Shown here: positions 1 to 9,597 of the stretch, piece after piece | Numbering within the stretch: the stretch's first letter is position 1 | Layout: each line of letters opens with the position of its first letter | Assembly (NCBI GenBank): GCA_045612365.1 | Contig: JAZKYY010000010.1 | Location: forward strand, 5,431 to 69,430 | DNA length: 64,000 nucleotides | DNA from: Paludibacteraceae bacterium | GTDB lineage: Bacteria > Bacteroidota > Bacteroidia > Bacteroidales > Paludibacteraceae | Direction: 5' to 3' | Position numbers and translations under genes: made by a program | Notes under the pieces: generated by a model | The model's input: only the letters and a program-made list of their open reading frames with translations | Databases searched by the model: none | Told to the model about the DNA's origin: nothing

Positions 1-191
1 GTTTGACGTGTTTGGTGTTTATCACTGCTCAAATGGGACCAGTAGTTAATGGAAGTATGACGGTAGTTTCTGTCTTATTTTCGATTTTTATGAATTGCTT
101 GGAGTTACTAGTGGCTTATATTCAAGCATATGTATTTACGATGCTTTCGTCGGTTTTCATTGGGTTGTCAAGAGTAGAATCTCATCATTGA
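1..191 (+). CDS. atpB: F0F1 ATP synthase subunit a, C-terminal fragment (5' end outside window; reading phase begins at nt 3)
   Basis: Open to the window edge. The C-terminal '...LVAYIQAYVFTMLSSVFIG' matches the conserved subunit-a motif. It is followed directly by the c, b, delta, alpha and gamma genes. Confidence 0.85.
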   Translation, partial: LTCLVFITAQMGPVVNGSMTVVSVLFSIFMNCLELLVAYIQAYVFTMLSSVFIGLSRVESHH

Positions 192-214
192 AATTTAAAA
201 ACTTATTATATTAA

Positions 215-472
<258 letters not shown>

Positions 473-483
473 TCAAATAGATT

Positions 484-981
484 ATGTCATTATTAATGCC
501 CGAAACAGGATTACTATTCTGGATGCTTTTGGTGTTCGGAATAGTCTTCCTAATTCTAGCTAAATTCGGCTGGCCTGTGATTACGGGTATGGTCGAAAAG
601 CGTACTTCGTTTATTAATGAATCTGTAAAATCTGCAGAAGAGGCAAATAAGCAACTTGAGAATATTAAACTTGAGACAGCTGCAATAATTGCTAAAGCTC
701 ACGAGGAAGAGGTGAGAATACTTAAAGATGCTGCAGAAACTCGTAAGCAAATTATTCAGGAGGCCAAGAATCTTGCTTCTGAGGAGGCTAAAAAGATTGT
801 TGAGGCAACGAAAGAGCAAATCGCAGCGGAAAAAGAACGTGCGTTGATGGATGTTAAGGATCAAATTGCTGAGATATCTATTCAAATCGCGGAGAAGGTA
901 GTTCGCAACGATTTGAAAAAAGATAATAATCAATCAGAAATAATAGAACGTCTTTTGGATGAAATAAAAACTTCTCATTGA
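484..981 (+). CDS. atpF: F0F1 ATP synthase subunit b
   Basis: One N-terminal TM helix followed by a long charged helix. Lies between the c and delta genes and overlaps the next gene by 4 nt. Confidence 0.85.
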   Translation: MSLLMPETGLLFWMLLVFGIVFLILAKFGWPVITGMVEKRTSFINESVKSAEEANKQLENIKLETAAIIAKAHEEEVRILKDAAETRKQIIQEAKNLASEEAKKIVEATKEQIAAEKERALMDVKDQIAEISIQIAEKVVRNDLKKDNNQSEIIERLLDEIKTSH

Positions 982-1520
982 TGAATGCAGGATTAATTTC
1001 AAAACGATATGCAAAGGCGTTGTATGTTTTTTCGGAACAAAACAATGCTTCGGAGGATGTCTATCAGGCAATGGAACGTTTGATAGAGAGTTATTTGTTG
1101 TATGCTGATTTTGCCCCAGTTTTGAACAACCCAACGCTTTCAAAAATGCAAAAGAAAGAGTTGATTCAAATTGCTGCAAAGGCGCAAGATAATATTGTTT
1201 TTGAAAAAATACTTGATTTAATCTTGCAAAATAATAGAGAGGATTCATTGCAACGAATAGCATTGGTCTTTTGTGATTTGTATAGAAAGGAAAAAGGAAT
1301 TTATTATGGTAAACTGACAACGGCAGTGTCGGTTGATGAAAAAACAATAAGTCTTATTCAACAATTATTGAATAAAGAGAATAAGAATAAAATTGAGTTG
1401 GACAAGAGAATTGATGAAGAAATTCTTGGAGGTTTTATCTTGGATATTGATGGAGTGCGACTTGATGCGTCAATCAAAAACCAATTTGTTCAGCTTAAAA
1501 AGAATTTGAAAAAGAACTAA
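978..1520 (+). CDS. atpH: F0F1 ATP synthase subunit delta (OSCP)
   Basis: 180 aa, with a C-terminal 'ILGGFILDIDGVRLDASIKNQ' delta-type motif. Operon position fits. Confidence 0.8.
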   Translation: MMNAGLISKRYAKALYVFSEQNNASEDVYQAMERLIESYLLYADFAPVLNNPTLSKMQKKELIQIAAKAQDNIVFEKILDLILQNNREDSLQRIALVFCDLYRKEKGIYYGKLTTAVSVDEKTISLIQQLLNKENKNKIELDKRIDEEILGGFILDIDGVRLDASIKNQFVQLKKNLKKN

Positions 1521-1547
1521 AATAGCAAATAGATATAATTTTAGAGT

Positions 1548-3137
1548 ATGTCAGAAAATGTAAAAGTCAGCGAAGTATCTGATATTTTGCGTCAACAGTT
1601 GGAGGGGATAAACCTAAATTTTCAGTTTGAGGAGGTAGGAACTGTATTGCAAGTTAGTGATGGTGTAGCTCGTATTTATGGGTTGAAGAATGCCGAAGCT
1701 AACGAGTTGTTGGCGTTTGAAAATGGGATGAACGCCATTGTGATGAACCTCGACGAAGATAATGTTGGTGCTGTTCTTTTAGGAAGCAGTGAAAAAATAA
1801 AAGAAGGTTTTACTGTTAAAAGAACTCATCGAATAGCATCTATTCAGGTGGGAGAGAATATGCTGGGAAGAGTTATTGACCCTATTGGAAATCCTCTTGA
1901 TGGAAAAGGTCCTATCTCGGGTGAGTTGATAGAAATGCCATTGGAGCGTAAGGCACCTGGTGTAATTTTCCGTCAACCAGTGAAAGAACCTCTTCAAACA
2001 GGTTTGAAGTCTGTAGATGCTCTTATTCCTATTGGTCGTGGTCAGCGTGAGTTGATTATTGGTGATAGAGAAACAGGAAAAACAAGTATTGCAATCGATA
2101 CAATTATAAATCAACGTTCTAACTTTGAAGCTGGCAATCCTGTTTACTGTATCTATGTAGCTATTGGGCAAAAAGGTTCTACTATTGCATCTTTGGTAAA
2201 TACGTTAGAGGAAAAAGGTGCGATGGATTATACCATAATTGTTTCGGCTACTGCCTCTGATTCTGCTGCAATGCAATATTTTGCGCCATTTGCAGGGGCA
2301 GCGATTGGAGAGTATTTCCGCGATACTGGTCGTCATGCGTTGGTTGTATACGATGACCTTTCTAAGCAAGCCGTTGCCTATCGTGAAGTTTCTCTTATTT
2401 TACGTCGCCCATCAGGTCGTGAAGCTTATCCTGGAGATATTTTCTATTTGCATTCTCGTTTGTTGGAGCGTGCAGCAAAAATTAATGAGCAACAAGAAGT
2501 TGCTGAGAAAATGAATGATTTGCCAGAATCTCTTGTAGGAAAGGTAAAAGGAGGTGGTTCATTGACCGCGCTTCCTATTATTGAAACACAAGCAGGAGAC
2601 GTGTCTGCATATATTCCTACGAATGTGATTTCTATTACAGATGGACAGATTTTCTTGGATACTAATTTGTTCAATCAAGGTAATAGACCTGCAATTAACG
2701 TGGGAATTTCTGTTTCTCGTGTAGGAGGAAATGCTCAGGTTAAAGCGATGAAAAAAGTTGCAGGGACACTGAAACTTGATCAAGCTCAATATCGTGAGTT
2801 GGAAGCTTTCTCTAAATTTGGAGGAGATATGGATGCGGTTACTGCAATGACCATAGACAAAGGACAAAAAAACACTAAGTTGCTTGTTCAACCTGTTAAT
2901 TCTCCGATGTCGGTTGAAAAACAGATTGCAATTCTTTATTGCGGAACAAATGGACTTTTGGCAGATGTAGAGTTAGATAAAGTTCCTGAGTTTGAAAAAC
3001 TGTTCTTGGAAACACTTGAGATGCGCTATCAAAAAGAGGTTTTTGATGTGTTAAAACAAGGTGTTATTGACGACAAAGTTACTGATATCTTGAAATCTGT
3101 AGCCGAACAAGTTCAAACTATGCTCAAAAATAATTAG
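1548..3137 (+). CDS. atpA: F0F1 ATP synthase subunit alpha
   Basis: Walker A 'GDRETGKTS', plus 'ITDGQIFL' and '[14 protein letters not shown]' alpha-subunit signatures. Confidence 0.97.
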   Translation: MSENVKVSEVSDILRQQLEGINLNFQFEEVGTVLQVSDGVARIYGLKNAEANELLAFENGMNAIVMNLDEDNVGAVLLGSSEKIKEGFTVKRTHRIASIQVGENMLGRVIDPIGNPLDGKGPISGELIEMPLERKAPGVIFRQPVKEPLQTGLKSVDALIPIGRGQRELIIGDRETGKTSIAIDTIINQRSNFEAGNPVYCIYVAIGQKGSTIASLVNTLEEKGAMDYTIIVSATASDSAAMQYFAPFAGAAIGEYFRDTGRHALVVYDDLSKQAVAYREVSLILRRPSGREAYPGDIFYLHSRLLERAAKINEQQEVAEKMNDLPESLVGKVKGGGSLTALPIIETQAGDVSAYIPTNVISITDGQIFLDTNLFNQGNRPAINVGISVSRVGGNAQVKAMKKVAGTLKLDQAQYRELEAFSKFGGDMDAVTAMTIDKGQKNTKLLVQPVNSPMSVEKQIAILYCGTNGLLADVELDKVPEFEKLFLETLEMRYQKEVFDVLKQGVIDDKVTDILKSVAEQVQTMLKNN

Positions 3138-3145
3138 AAGAAAAA

Positions 3146-4006
3146 ATGGCGTCACTCAAGGAGATAAAAACACGTATTTCGTCGGTAGATTCAACCAAAA
3201 AGATTACTTCGGCAATGAAGATGGTTGCATCGGCAAAGTTGCGTAAGGCTCAAAAAAATATTGAAACTTTTCTGCCTTACGAACTGAAACTTAACGAAAT
3301 GTTAAATTGTTTTTTGTCTGCAGAAGAGAATGTGAAATCAGTTTATACGGAACAAAGAGAACTGAATAGAATTGCGATTGTTGCAATTTCTTCAAATTCT
3401 AGTTTGTGTGGAGCTTTTAATTCTATAGTTATAAAAAAAGCTACTCAACTTATAGAGCAATATTCTCAACAATTGGGTCGAGAAAATGTTGAGGTGTTTT
3501 CTGTTGGAAAGAAAATTACAGATGCTGTAAAAAAGTTGGGATTTGTTCCTACGGAAAATTACGATTATTTGGTTGATAAACCCACTTATGAAGATGCTGT
3601 TACCTTTGCGGAAAGGTTGGTGACACTTTTTGCAGAAAATAAAGTAGATCAGAGTGTTTTTATTAACCAGAACTTTAAGTCTTCTGCTGTTCAGCAACTT
3701 ATTGCGGAAAAATATTTGCCGCTTTCACTATCTTTTTCTGCAGAAAAAAAAGAATCCATTGAATATATTTTGGAACCAAATAGGGAACATATTCTTGGGT
3801 TGTTGTTGCCGAAAGTTTTAAGATTGAAGGTTTATACGATGTTGCTTGACTCAATAGCTTCCGAACAAGCAGCTCGTACTTTGGCAATGCAGATCGCTAC
3901 AGATAATGCTGAAAAACTTTTAGAGGAATTAACAATACAGTACAATAAAGGCCGTCAGCAAGCCATTACAAATGAATTGCTTGATATAATGGGAGGTCAG
4001 CAGTAA
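3146..4006 (+). CDS. atpG: F0F1 ATP synthase subunit gamma
   Basis: N-terminal 'ASLKEIKTRISSVDSTKKITSAMKMVASAKLRKAQ' and C-terminal 'ITNELLDIMGG' gamma signatures. Confidence 0.93.
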   Translation: MASLKEIKTRISSVDSTKKITSAMKMVASAKLRKAQKNIETFLPYELKLNEMLNCFLSAEENVKSVYTEQRELNRIAIVAISSNSSLCGAFNSIVIKKATQLIEQYSQQLGRENVEVFSVGKKITDAVKKLGFVPTENYDYLVDKPTYEDAVTFAERLVTLFAENKVDQSVFINQNFKSSAVQQLIAEKYLPLSLSFSAEKKESIEYILEPNREHILGLLLPKVLRLKVYTMLLDSIASEQAARTLAMQIATDNAEKLLEELTIQYNKGRQQAITNELLDIMGGQQ

Positions 4007-4014
4007 CGAGTAGG

Positions 4015-5193
4015 ATGACTGAAATTTATAGATTTATCTCAGAACATAAAAATGATGATTTGTCGAAATTGGCATTTTGTTTTGCAAAAAATAAAGAGAT
4101 AGATCTTCCTTTTGTTCTTCAGCAAATATCTGGTTATCAAAAAATCAGAAAAAAAATACCGTCTTGGTATGAAATTGACAATTTACATTTCCCTCTAAAA
4201 TTGTCATTGGAGCAGTGTTCTTCCGAAGCAACAGCGAAATATAAGAGAGAAATCATTAAAGGAAATTCTTTACTTGATTTGACTGGGGGCTTTGGAATTG
4301 ATTGCGCATTTTTAAGCCGTCAGTTTTCAAAAGTAGACTATGTTGAAGTTCAGCCAGAATTGTGCGAAATTGCAAAACATAACTTTGAACAACTCCGTTT
4401 GAATATTCAAGTTTATAACGCAGATGCTGTTGACTTTTTGCAAAAATGTGGTACTTATGATTGTATCTATTTAGATCCTGCAAGGAGAAGTATCATAGGG
4501 CAGAAACTTGTTTTTTTGTCCGATTGTCAGCCAAATGTTTTGGAAATATTGGAGCTTTTATTGCTGAAATCAAAAGAGGTTTTAATAAAACTTTCTCCAA
4601 TAATTGATTTGAGTGTTTTGGTAAAGTCTTTTTCTAGTAAACTCTCAGAAATTCATGTTGTTTCAGTTAATAATGAATGTAAGGAAGTGTTGATACGAAT
4701 CAGTTCGGAAGATTCTACTGAACTTAAAATTAAAACTGTTAATATTGACGAAAAAAGAGAACTGAAACAGATTTTTCAATTTTCGGAAACAGAAAAAGAA
4801 GAAAGTGTTGCGACATTTGCTTCCGATATTGAAAAGTATCTTTATGAACCTAATGTAGCGATTCTTAAATCGGGAGCATTTCAGTTAATTTCAGAAAAGT
4901 TTGATGTAAAAAAGTTGCACATACATACGCACTTATATACTTCGGATAAGTTACAAGCAGATTTCCCAGGGCGGATTTTTGAAGTCGAAAAAAGTTTTCT
5001 TTTTTCAAAAAATGAACTTAAGGAAAACTTGCAAGATGTAACAAAAGCAAATATTTCTGTTCGCAATTTTCCAGAAACACCTGAGTTTTTGCATAAAAGA
5101 TTGAGAATTAAAGATGGTGGAGATGTTTATATTTTTGCATGTACAGCAATGGAAAGAAAGATGTTAATTAAAACGAAAAAAGTGGTTTTATGA
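4015..5193 (+). CDS. Class I SAM-dependent methyltransferase (THUMP-like C-terminal region)
   Basis: SAM motif I 'LLDLTGGFGID' and an 'IYLDPARR' motif. 4-nt overlap with the downstream gene. Confidence 0.6.
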   Translation: MTEIYRFISEHKNDDLSKLAFCFAKNKEIDLPFVLQQISGYQKIRKKIPSWYEIDNLHFPLKLSLEQCSSEATAKYKREIIKGNSLLDLTGGFGIDCAFLSRQFSKVDYVEVQPELCEIAKHNFEQLRLNIQVYNADAVDFLQKCGTYDCIYLDPARRSIIGQKLVFLSDCQPNVLEILELLLLKSKEVLIKLSPIIDLSVLVKSFSSKLSEIHVVSVNNECKEVLIRISSEDSTELKIKTVNIDEKRELKQIFQFSETEKEESVATFASDIEKYLYEPNVAILKSGAFQLISEKFDVKKLHIHTHLYTSDKLQADFPGRIFEVEKSFLFSKNELKENLQDVTKANISVRNFPETPEFLHKRLRIKDGGDVYIFACTAMERKMLIKTKKVVL

Positions 5194-6953
5194 AAAAAAT
5201 ATTGATTCTGATTGGTTGTTTTTGTTCTTTGTTTTTGTTTTCTCAAGGCGTAACTCAGTTTGGTACGCCTACGAATCAAGAGGTTTTTCCGAAAGGAGAA
5301 TATTTTGAACTTGAGGATCCATCAAATGTTGATGTTCTATCGTGGAAAGCAATTGATAAAACTCACGTGGTTTGGGTATCCAAAAATATTCGCTATGCAA
5401 AAAATAGCGTTCCAACTATGACGAAAAAATCGAAAACGCATAAAATAGTAGCTTGGAAAGGCGAACGTGTAAATGCTCAATTTCTCGTTTTTGCTAACGA
5501 AGATATGACGTTGCAGGTTGCTCATAGAGGTGATTTTGAAAACGAGACAACAACTTCATTTGTTCGGTATGTAATGACCGACGAATTGAACAAGGACAAA
5601 AAAGGAGCTTGTGGACATCGACCTGATATTACAATTTACGATTCTTCGTTGGTCGCAGATGTTTTGGATCATATCACCGAAAAATTGCCTTATAAAAAAC
5701 ACACAGTTCAACCAATTTGGGTGCAAGTGCAAGTTCCTCAAGATGCAAAAAAGGGAAGTTATAAAACCACTCTTCTAGTTCAAAATGATAACCAAACTAT
5801 TGGTGAACTAAATTTGCAAATAGATGTAATTGATAGAACTCTTCCGTCCCCAAGCGAATGGAGTTTTCATCTTGATTTGTGGCAAAATCCATTTGCCGAA
5901 GCACGTTATTTTCAGGTGGAACCTTGGAGTGAAGCTCATTTAGAATCGATGCGCTCAACAATGGAAAAATTGGCCAGATCAGGTCAAAAAGTCATTACTG
6001 CGTCCATTATGCACAAACCTTGGGGGGGGCAAACTCAAGATTATTTTGAGTCGATGGTGACTTGGCGAAAAAATAATACGTGGCATTTTGATTTTGATGT
6101 ATTTGATCGTTGGGTAGAGTTTATGATGAGTTGTGGTATTGACAAACAAATCAACTGTTATTCGATGATTCCTTGGAGTTTGTCTTTCCGATATTTTGAC
6201 CAAGCAACAAATAACTTCAAAGCCATTGAAGCAACTCCTTCTGATAGTATTTATGCGGAAGTTTGGACAGAAATGCTTAAGCAGTTTGCTACACATTTGA
6301 AAGAAAAAGGTTGGTTTGAAAAAACAACTATTGCAATGGATGAGCGTCCAAAAGAGCAAATGCTTACGGTGTTTAACATCATAAAAAATGCCGACAAAGA
6401 TTTCAAAGTTTCATTGGCTGGAGATTGGCACGAAGAGTTGGAAGCAGAATTGTATGACTATTGTATTGCGTATCGACACAAATTTCCGGAAGAGATTCTC
6501 CAAAAACGCAAACAAAATGGAATGATTTCTACTTACTACACTTGTTGTACTGAACCATACCCTAACACGTTTACGTTTTCGCAACCTACCGAAGCTGAAT
6601 GTTTAGGTTGGTATACGGCACATTTGGGACTTGATGGATATTTGCGTTGGGCTTATAATAGTTATACGTTGGAACCATTGCTCGATTCTAGATTTCGTTC
6701 TTTCGCTGCTGGTGATTGCTACATTGTTTATCCAGAAGGACGAAGTTCAATTCGCTTTGAAAAATTGACTGAAGGCATCCAAAATTTTGAAAAAATACAG
6801 ATTTTAAGAAAAGAATTTGAGGAGAAAAATCAAGTAACTAAATTAAAAAAACTTGAAGTTCTATTGAATCAATTTTCGCAAGAAAATCTAACAGATAAAA
6901 ACATAACTTCTATTGTAGAAAAAGCGAATAAACAATTACAGAAATTGTGGTAA
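5190..6953 (+). CDS. Secreted DUF4091 / GH123-like glycoside hydrolase family protein
   Basis: 587 aa with an N-terminal signal peptide ('MKKILILIGCFCSLFLFSQ'). Size and Trp-rich central region resemble my recollection of Bacteroidota DUF4091 proteins. The family assignment is tentative. Confidence 0.45.
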   Translation: MKKILILIGCFCSLFLFSQGVTQFGTPTNQEVFPKGEYFELEDPSNVDVLSWKAIDKTHVVWVSKNIRYAKNSVPTMTKKSKTHKIVAWKGERVNAQFLVFANEDMTLQVAHRGDFENETTTSFVRYVMTDELNKDKKGACGHRPDITIYDSSLVADVLDHITEKLPYKKHTVQPIWVQVQVPQDAKKGSYKTTLLVQNDNQTIGELNLQIDVIDRTLPSPSEWSFHLDLWQNPFAEARYFQVEPWSEAHLESMRSTMEKLARSGQKVITASIMHKPWGGQTQDYFESMVTWRKNNTWHFDFDVFDRWVEFMMSCGIDKQINCYSMIPWSLSFRYFDQATNNFKAIEATPSDSIYAEVWTEMLKQFATHLKEKGWFEKTTIAMDERPKEQMLTVFNIIKNADKDFKVSLAGDWHEELEAELYDYCIAYRHKFPEEILQKRKQNGMISTYYTCCTEPYPNTFTFSQPTEAECLGWYTAHLGLDGYLRWAYNSYTLEPLLDSRFRSFAAGDCYIVYPEGRSSIRFEKLTEGIQNFEKIQILRKEFEEKNQVTKLKKLEVLLNQFSQENLTDKNITSIVEKANKQLQKLW

Positions 6954-7320
6954 AAAAAGATTAAATTTCTTTTTATTTTTTTTGTAGTTTGGAATGATTT
7001 TTGCATTGTTTTTGGTAGAAATAAAATTTTTTTACCGATAATAATTATGAAACTGATCCGAACCCTACAGCAAACCTCGTCAAATGCAGTATGTTTTCTC
7101 TTCAAAGAAAATGAATCATTTTTTGCCTTGAGTGAAACCACAGAGGCGATTTTGAACCAATTTACATGTAAGAATCAACCCATTGAGTGTTGTATTTCAA
7201 GCGTAGATGGAGTGGATTTCAATGGTAGTTATTTTGCAGAAGTTTTAATTGATTAAGATATTTTTCTAAACTTGTTTTTTGTTTGAATAGTGGACACATA
7301 GATGTTCGCTATTCTTTTTT

Positions 7321-7328
7321 TATTTTTG
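7321..7328 (+). promoter_or_regulatory. Bacteroidota -7 promoter element (TAnnTTTG)
   Basis: 'TATTTTTG' ends 20 nt upstream of the ATG at 7348. Confidence 0.5.
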
Positions 7329-7347
7329 CAAGAAAATTTTGTCAAGA

Positions 7348-8232
7348 ATGAGAAAAATTAAAGTAGGAATAGTTCAGCAGAAAATATCTGAAAATGTTCA
7401 GGTTAACATGGACTTGTTGGGAAAAAATATAGAACAGTGTGCTGATAAAGGTGCTCAATTGGTTGTTTTGCAAGAATTGCACAATACGTTATATTTTTGT
7501 CAAACAGAGAACCCAAGTAATTTTGATTTGGCAGAAAGAATTCCTGGCCCTAGTACCGAATTTTATTCGCAAATAGCAAAAGAACTAAAAATTGTTTTGG
7601 TTACGTCGCTTTTTGAGAAAAGAGCCGAAGGACTTTATCATAATACGGCGGTGGTTTTTGATGTAGATGGAACTATTGCTGGTAAATATAGAAAGATGCA
7701 CATTCCAGACGATCCTGCTTACTACGAAAAATTTTATTTCACACCTGGCGATTTAGGTTTTACTCCTATTAAGACTTCTTTAGGTGTGCTTGGGGTTTTG
7801 GTTTGTTGGGATCAATGGTATCCAGAGGCAGCGCGTTTGATGGCATTGCAAGGAGCTGAAATTTTGATTTATCCTACGGCGATAGGTTGGGAGTCTTCTG
7901 ATGTGGAAGCAGAAAAAAAACGCCAATTGGATGCGTGGCAAACAATTCAGCGCTCTCATGCAGTGGCAAATGGAATTCCAGTTGTGTCGGTTAATCGTGT
8001 CGGATGGGAAGAAGATCTTTCTCGTCAAACGGAAGGAATACAGTTCTGGGGAAATAGTTTTGTTGCCGGACCTCAAGGGGAGATTTTGGTGGAAGCGAGC
8101 AATAAAGAAGAAGAGAACATTGTTGTGGAGGTAGATATGTGTCGTTCAGAACAGGTGCGCCGTTGGTGGCCTTTCTTGCGCGATAGACGTATTGATTTTT
8201 ACGATGGATTAGATAAGAGGTTCTTGGATTAA
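7348..8232 (+). CDS. Carbon-nitrogen hydrolase, N-carbamoylputrescine amidase-like
   Basis: Nitrilase-superfamily layout with the catalytic Cys context 'VLVCWDQWYPE'. The ATG at 7348 is preferred over the TTG at 7339 used by the ORF track. Confidence 0.8.
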   Translation: MRKIKVGIVQQKISENVQVNMDLLGKNIEQCADKGAQLVVLQELHNTLYFCQTENPSNFDLAERIPGPSTEFYSQIAKELKIVLVTSLFEKRAEGLYHNTAVVFDVDGTIAGKYRKMHIPDDPAYYEKFYFTPGDLGFTPIKTSLGVLGVLVCWDQWYPEAARLMALQGAEILIYPTAIGWESSDVEAEKKRQLDAWQTIQRSHAVANGIPVVSVNRVGWEEDLSRQTEGIQFWGNSFVAGPQGEILVEASNKEEENIVVEVDMCRSEQVRRWWPFLRDRRIDFYDGLDKRFLD

Positions 8233-8244
8233 TATTGAAAATAT

Positions 8245-8901
8245 ATGAGGGTCTGTAATTTATCGGAAAGAAATTCTTTGTTGAATAATTTTTTGAAGGA
8301 AATTCGATCAAGTGATATTCAAAAGGATTCAATGCGTTTCAGAAGAAATCTGGAGAGAGCAGCAGAAATTTTGTCGTATGAATTAAGTAAAGAACTTACG
8401 TATTATCCCGAAATAGTTCAAACACCCCTTGCAGAAGCAAAAATAAATACGATTTCAGATAAAATAGTAGTTGCCTCTATATTGAGAGCAGGTATTTTAT
8501 TTCACCAAGGGGTCTTGAATTATTTTGATAAAGCAGAAAATGCCTTTGTTTCTGCATTCCGAAAATATAAGGACAGTACACATACAGATTTTGATGTTTT
8601 TGTAGAATATATAGCCTCACCTGACTTGAATGGAAAAACTCTAATTCTTTGTGATCCGATGTTGGCGACAGGCGGATCGATGGAGTTGGCATACAAGGCT
8701 CTTTTGACAAAAGGTTCTCCTCGGCAGTTGCATATTTTGAGTTTGATAGCTAGTGAACAAGCACTTGATCATATGCAGAAGAGTTTGCCTGAAAGTACTA
8801 CTATTTGGGTCGCTGCAATTGATCCATTATTAAATGAGAGTTCATACATAATTCCCGGATTGGGTGATGCGGGCGATTTGGCTTTTGGTTGTAAATTATG
8901 A
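8245..8901 (+). CDS. upp: Uracil phosphoribosyltransferase
   Basis: PRPP-binding motif 'LILCDPMLATGGS' and C-terminal 'IIPGLGDAGD'. Confidence 0.9.
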   Translation: MRVCNLSERNSLLNNFLKEIRSSDIQKDSMRFRRNLERAAEILSYELSKELTYYPEIVQTPLAEAKINTISDKIVVASILRAGILFHQGVLNYFDKAENAFVSAFRKYKDSTHTDFDVFVEYIASPDLNGKTLILCDPMLATGGSMELAYKALLTKGSPRQLHILSLIASEQALDHMQKSLPESTTIWVAAIDPLLNESSYIIPGLGDAGDLAFGCKL

Positions 8902-9527
8902 CACAGGTTTTGCTTTCATCTGCCTATTTGCCTAATGTCTGCTATTTTAGTAAGATTTTCAATCATGACTCTACTTTGGTGGAGCAGTGGAGCTTTTATG
9001 AAAAACAGACATATTTTAATCGTTGCACTATTGCTACGGCAAATGGGAGGATGGATTTGTCTATCCCTGTAGAAAAGGCAAATGGAAAACAGTGTGTGAG
9101 AGATATTCGGGTTTCAGTGCATAATAACTGGCAGCAATTGCATTGGAGAGCTATAAAATCGGCATATAATTCTGCTCCGTTTTTTGAGTACTATGAGGAT
9201 GACTTTGCTCCGTTTTATGAAAAGAAATACCAGTTTCTACTAGATTTTAATATGGAGTTGACCCATTTGATAATGAATCTGTTGGAGATAAAAACAAAAG
9301 TTGAGTTGACAGAAAATTATATTGATTTTCATACAAATGATTTTAGGCAAATAATTCATCCTAAGAAGTTGAGTAGTGTGGATAAGACTTTTATTGATGT
9401 TCCTTATTATCAAGTATTTAAGAAAAAGAATGGTTTTGTGTCGAATTTGAGTATTGTAGATCTTCTTTTTAATATGGGCAACGAGAGTCGAATAGTTTTG
9501 AGAGATGCATTTTGTGTGATGCGTTGA
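8898..9527 (+). CDS. WbqC family protein
   Basis: N-terminal 'SSAYLPNVCYFSKI...', plus 'NRCTIATANGRMDLSIPV' and 'YNSAPFFEYY', which match the WbqC family pattern. 4-nt overlap with upp. Confidence 0.7.
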   Translation: MTQVLLSSAYLPNVCYFSKIFNHDSTLVEQWSFYEKQTYFNRCTIATANGRMDLSIPVEKANGKQCVRDIRVSVHNNWQQLHWRAIKSAYNSAPFFEYYEDDFAPFYEKKYQFLLDFNMELTHLIMNLLEIKTKVELTENYIDFHTNDFRQIIHPKKLSSVDKTFIDVPYYQVFKKKNGFVSNLSIVDLLFNMGNESRIVLRDAFCVMR

Positions 9528-9564
9528 AAGCGCTTGTTTATTAAAAACAATACTTACTTTTTAG

Positions 9565-9572
9565 TATCTTTG
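9565..9572 (+). promoter_or_regulatory. Bacteroidota -7 promoter element (TAnnTTTG)
   Basis: 'TATCTTTG' ends 26 nt upstream of the ATG at 9598. Confidence 0.5.
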
Positions 9573-9597
9573 TACTTTTCTTTTTTGGGGCAAAAAA

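Noticed and set aside
556-1347. 125-aa and 137-aa minus-strand ORFs antisense to atpF and atpH.
   Set aside because: They lie entirely inside strongly supported ATP synthase genes. Their composition is low-complexity and Leu/Phe/Asn-rich, typical of antisense frames in AT-rich DNA. The same applies to the other antisense or alternative-frame ORFs listed inside atpA, atpG, dcp, argS, the AddB-like gene and others.
3146-4006. The ATP synthase operon ends at atpG with no atpD or atpC downstream.
   Set aside because: From memory, Bacteroidota place atpD-atpC upstream of atpB, which would be outside this window. This is probably normal organisation, not a loss.
7047-7256. 69-aa plus-strand ORF in the 385-nt gap between the DUF4091-like gene and the CN-hydrolase gene, plus an overlapping 90-aa minus-strand ORF at 6869-7141.
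   Set aside because: It has no recognisable motif, signal peptide or promoter element, and two mutually exclusive ORFs overlap there. The support is insufficient to call either a gene. The gap may simply be regulatory.
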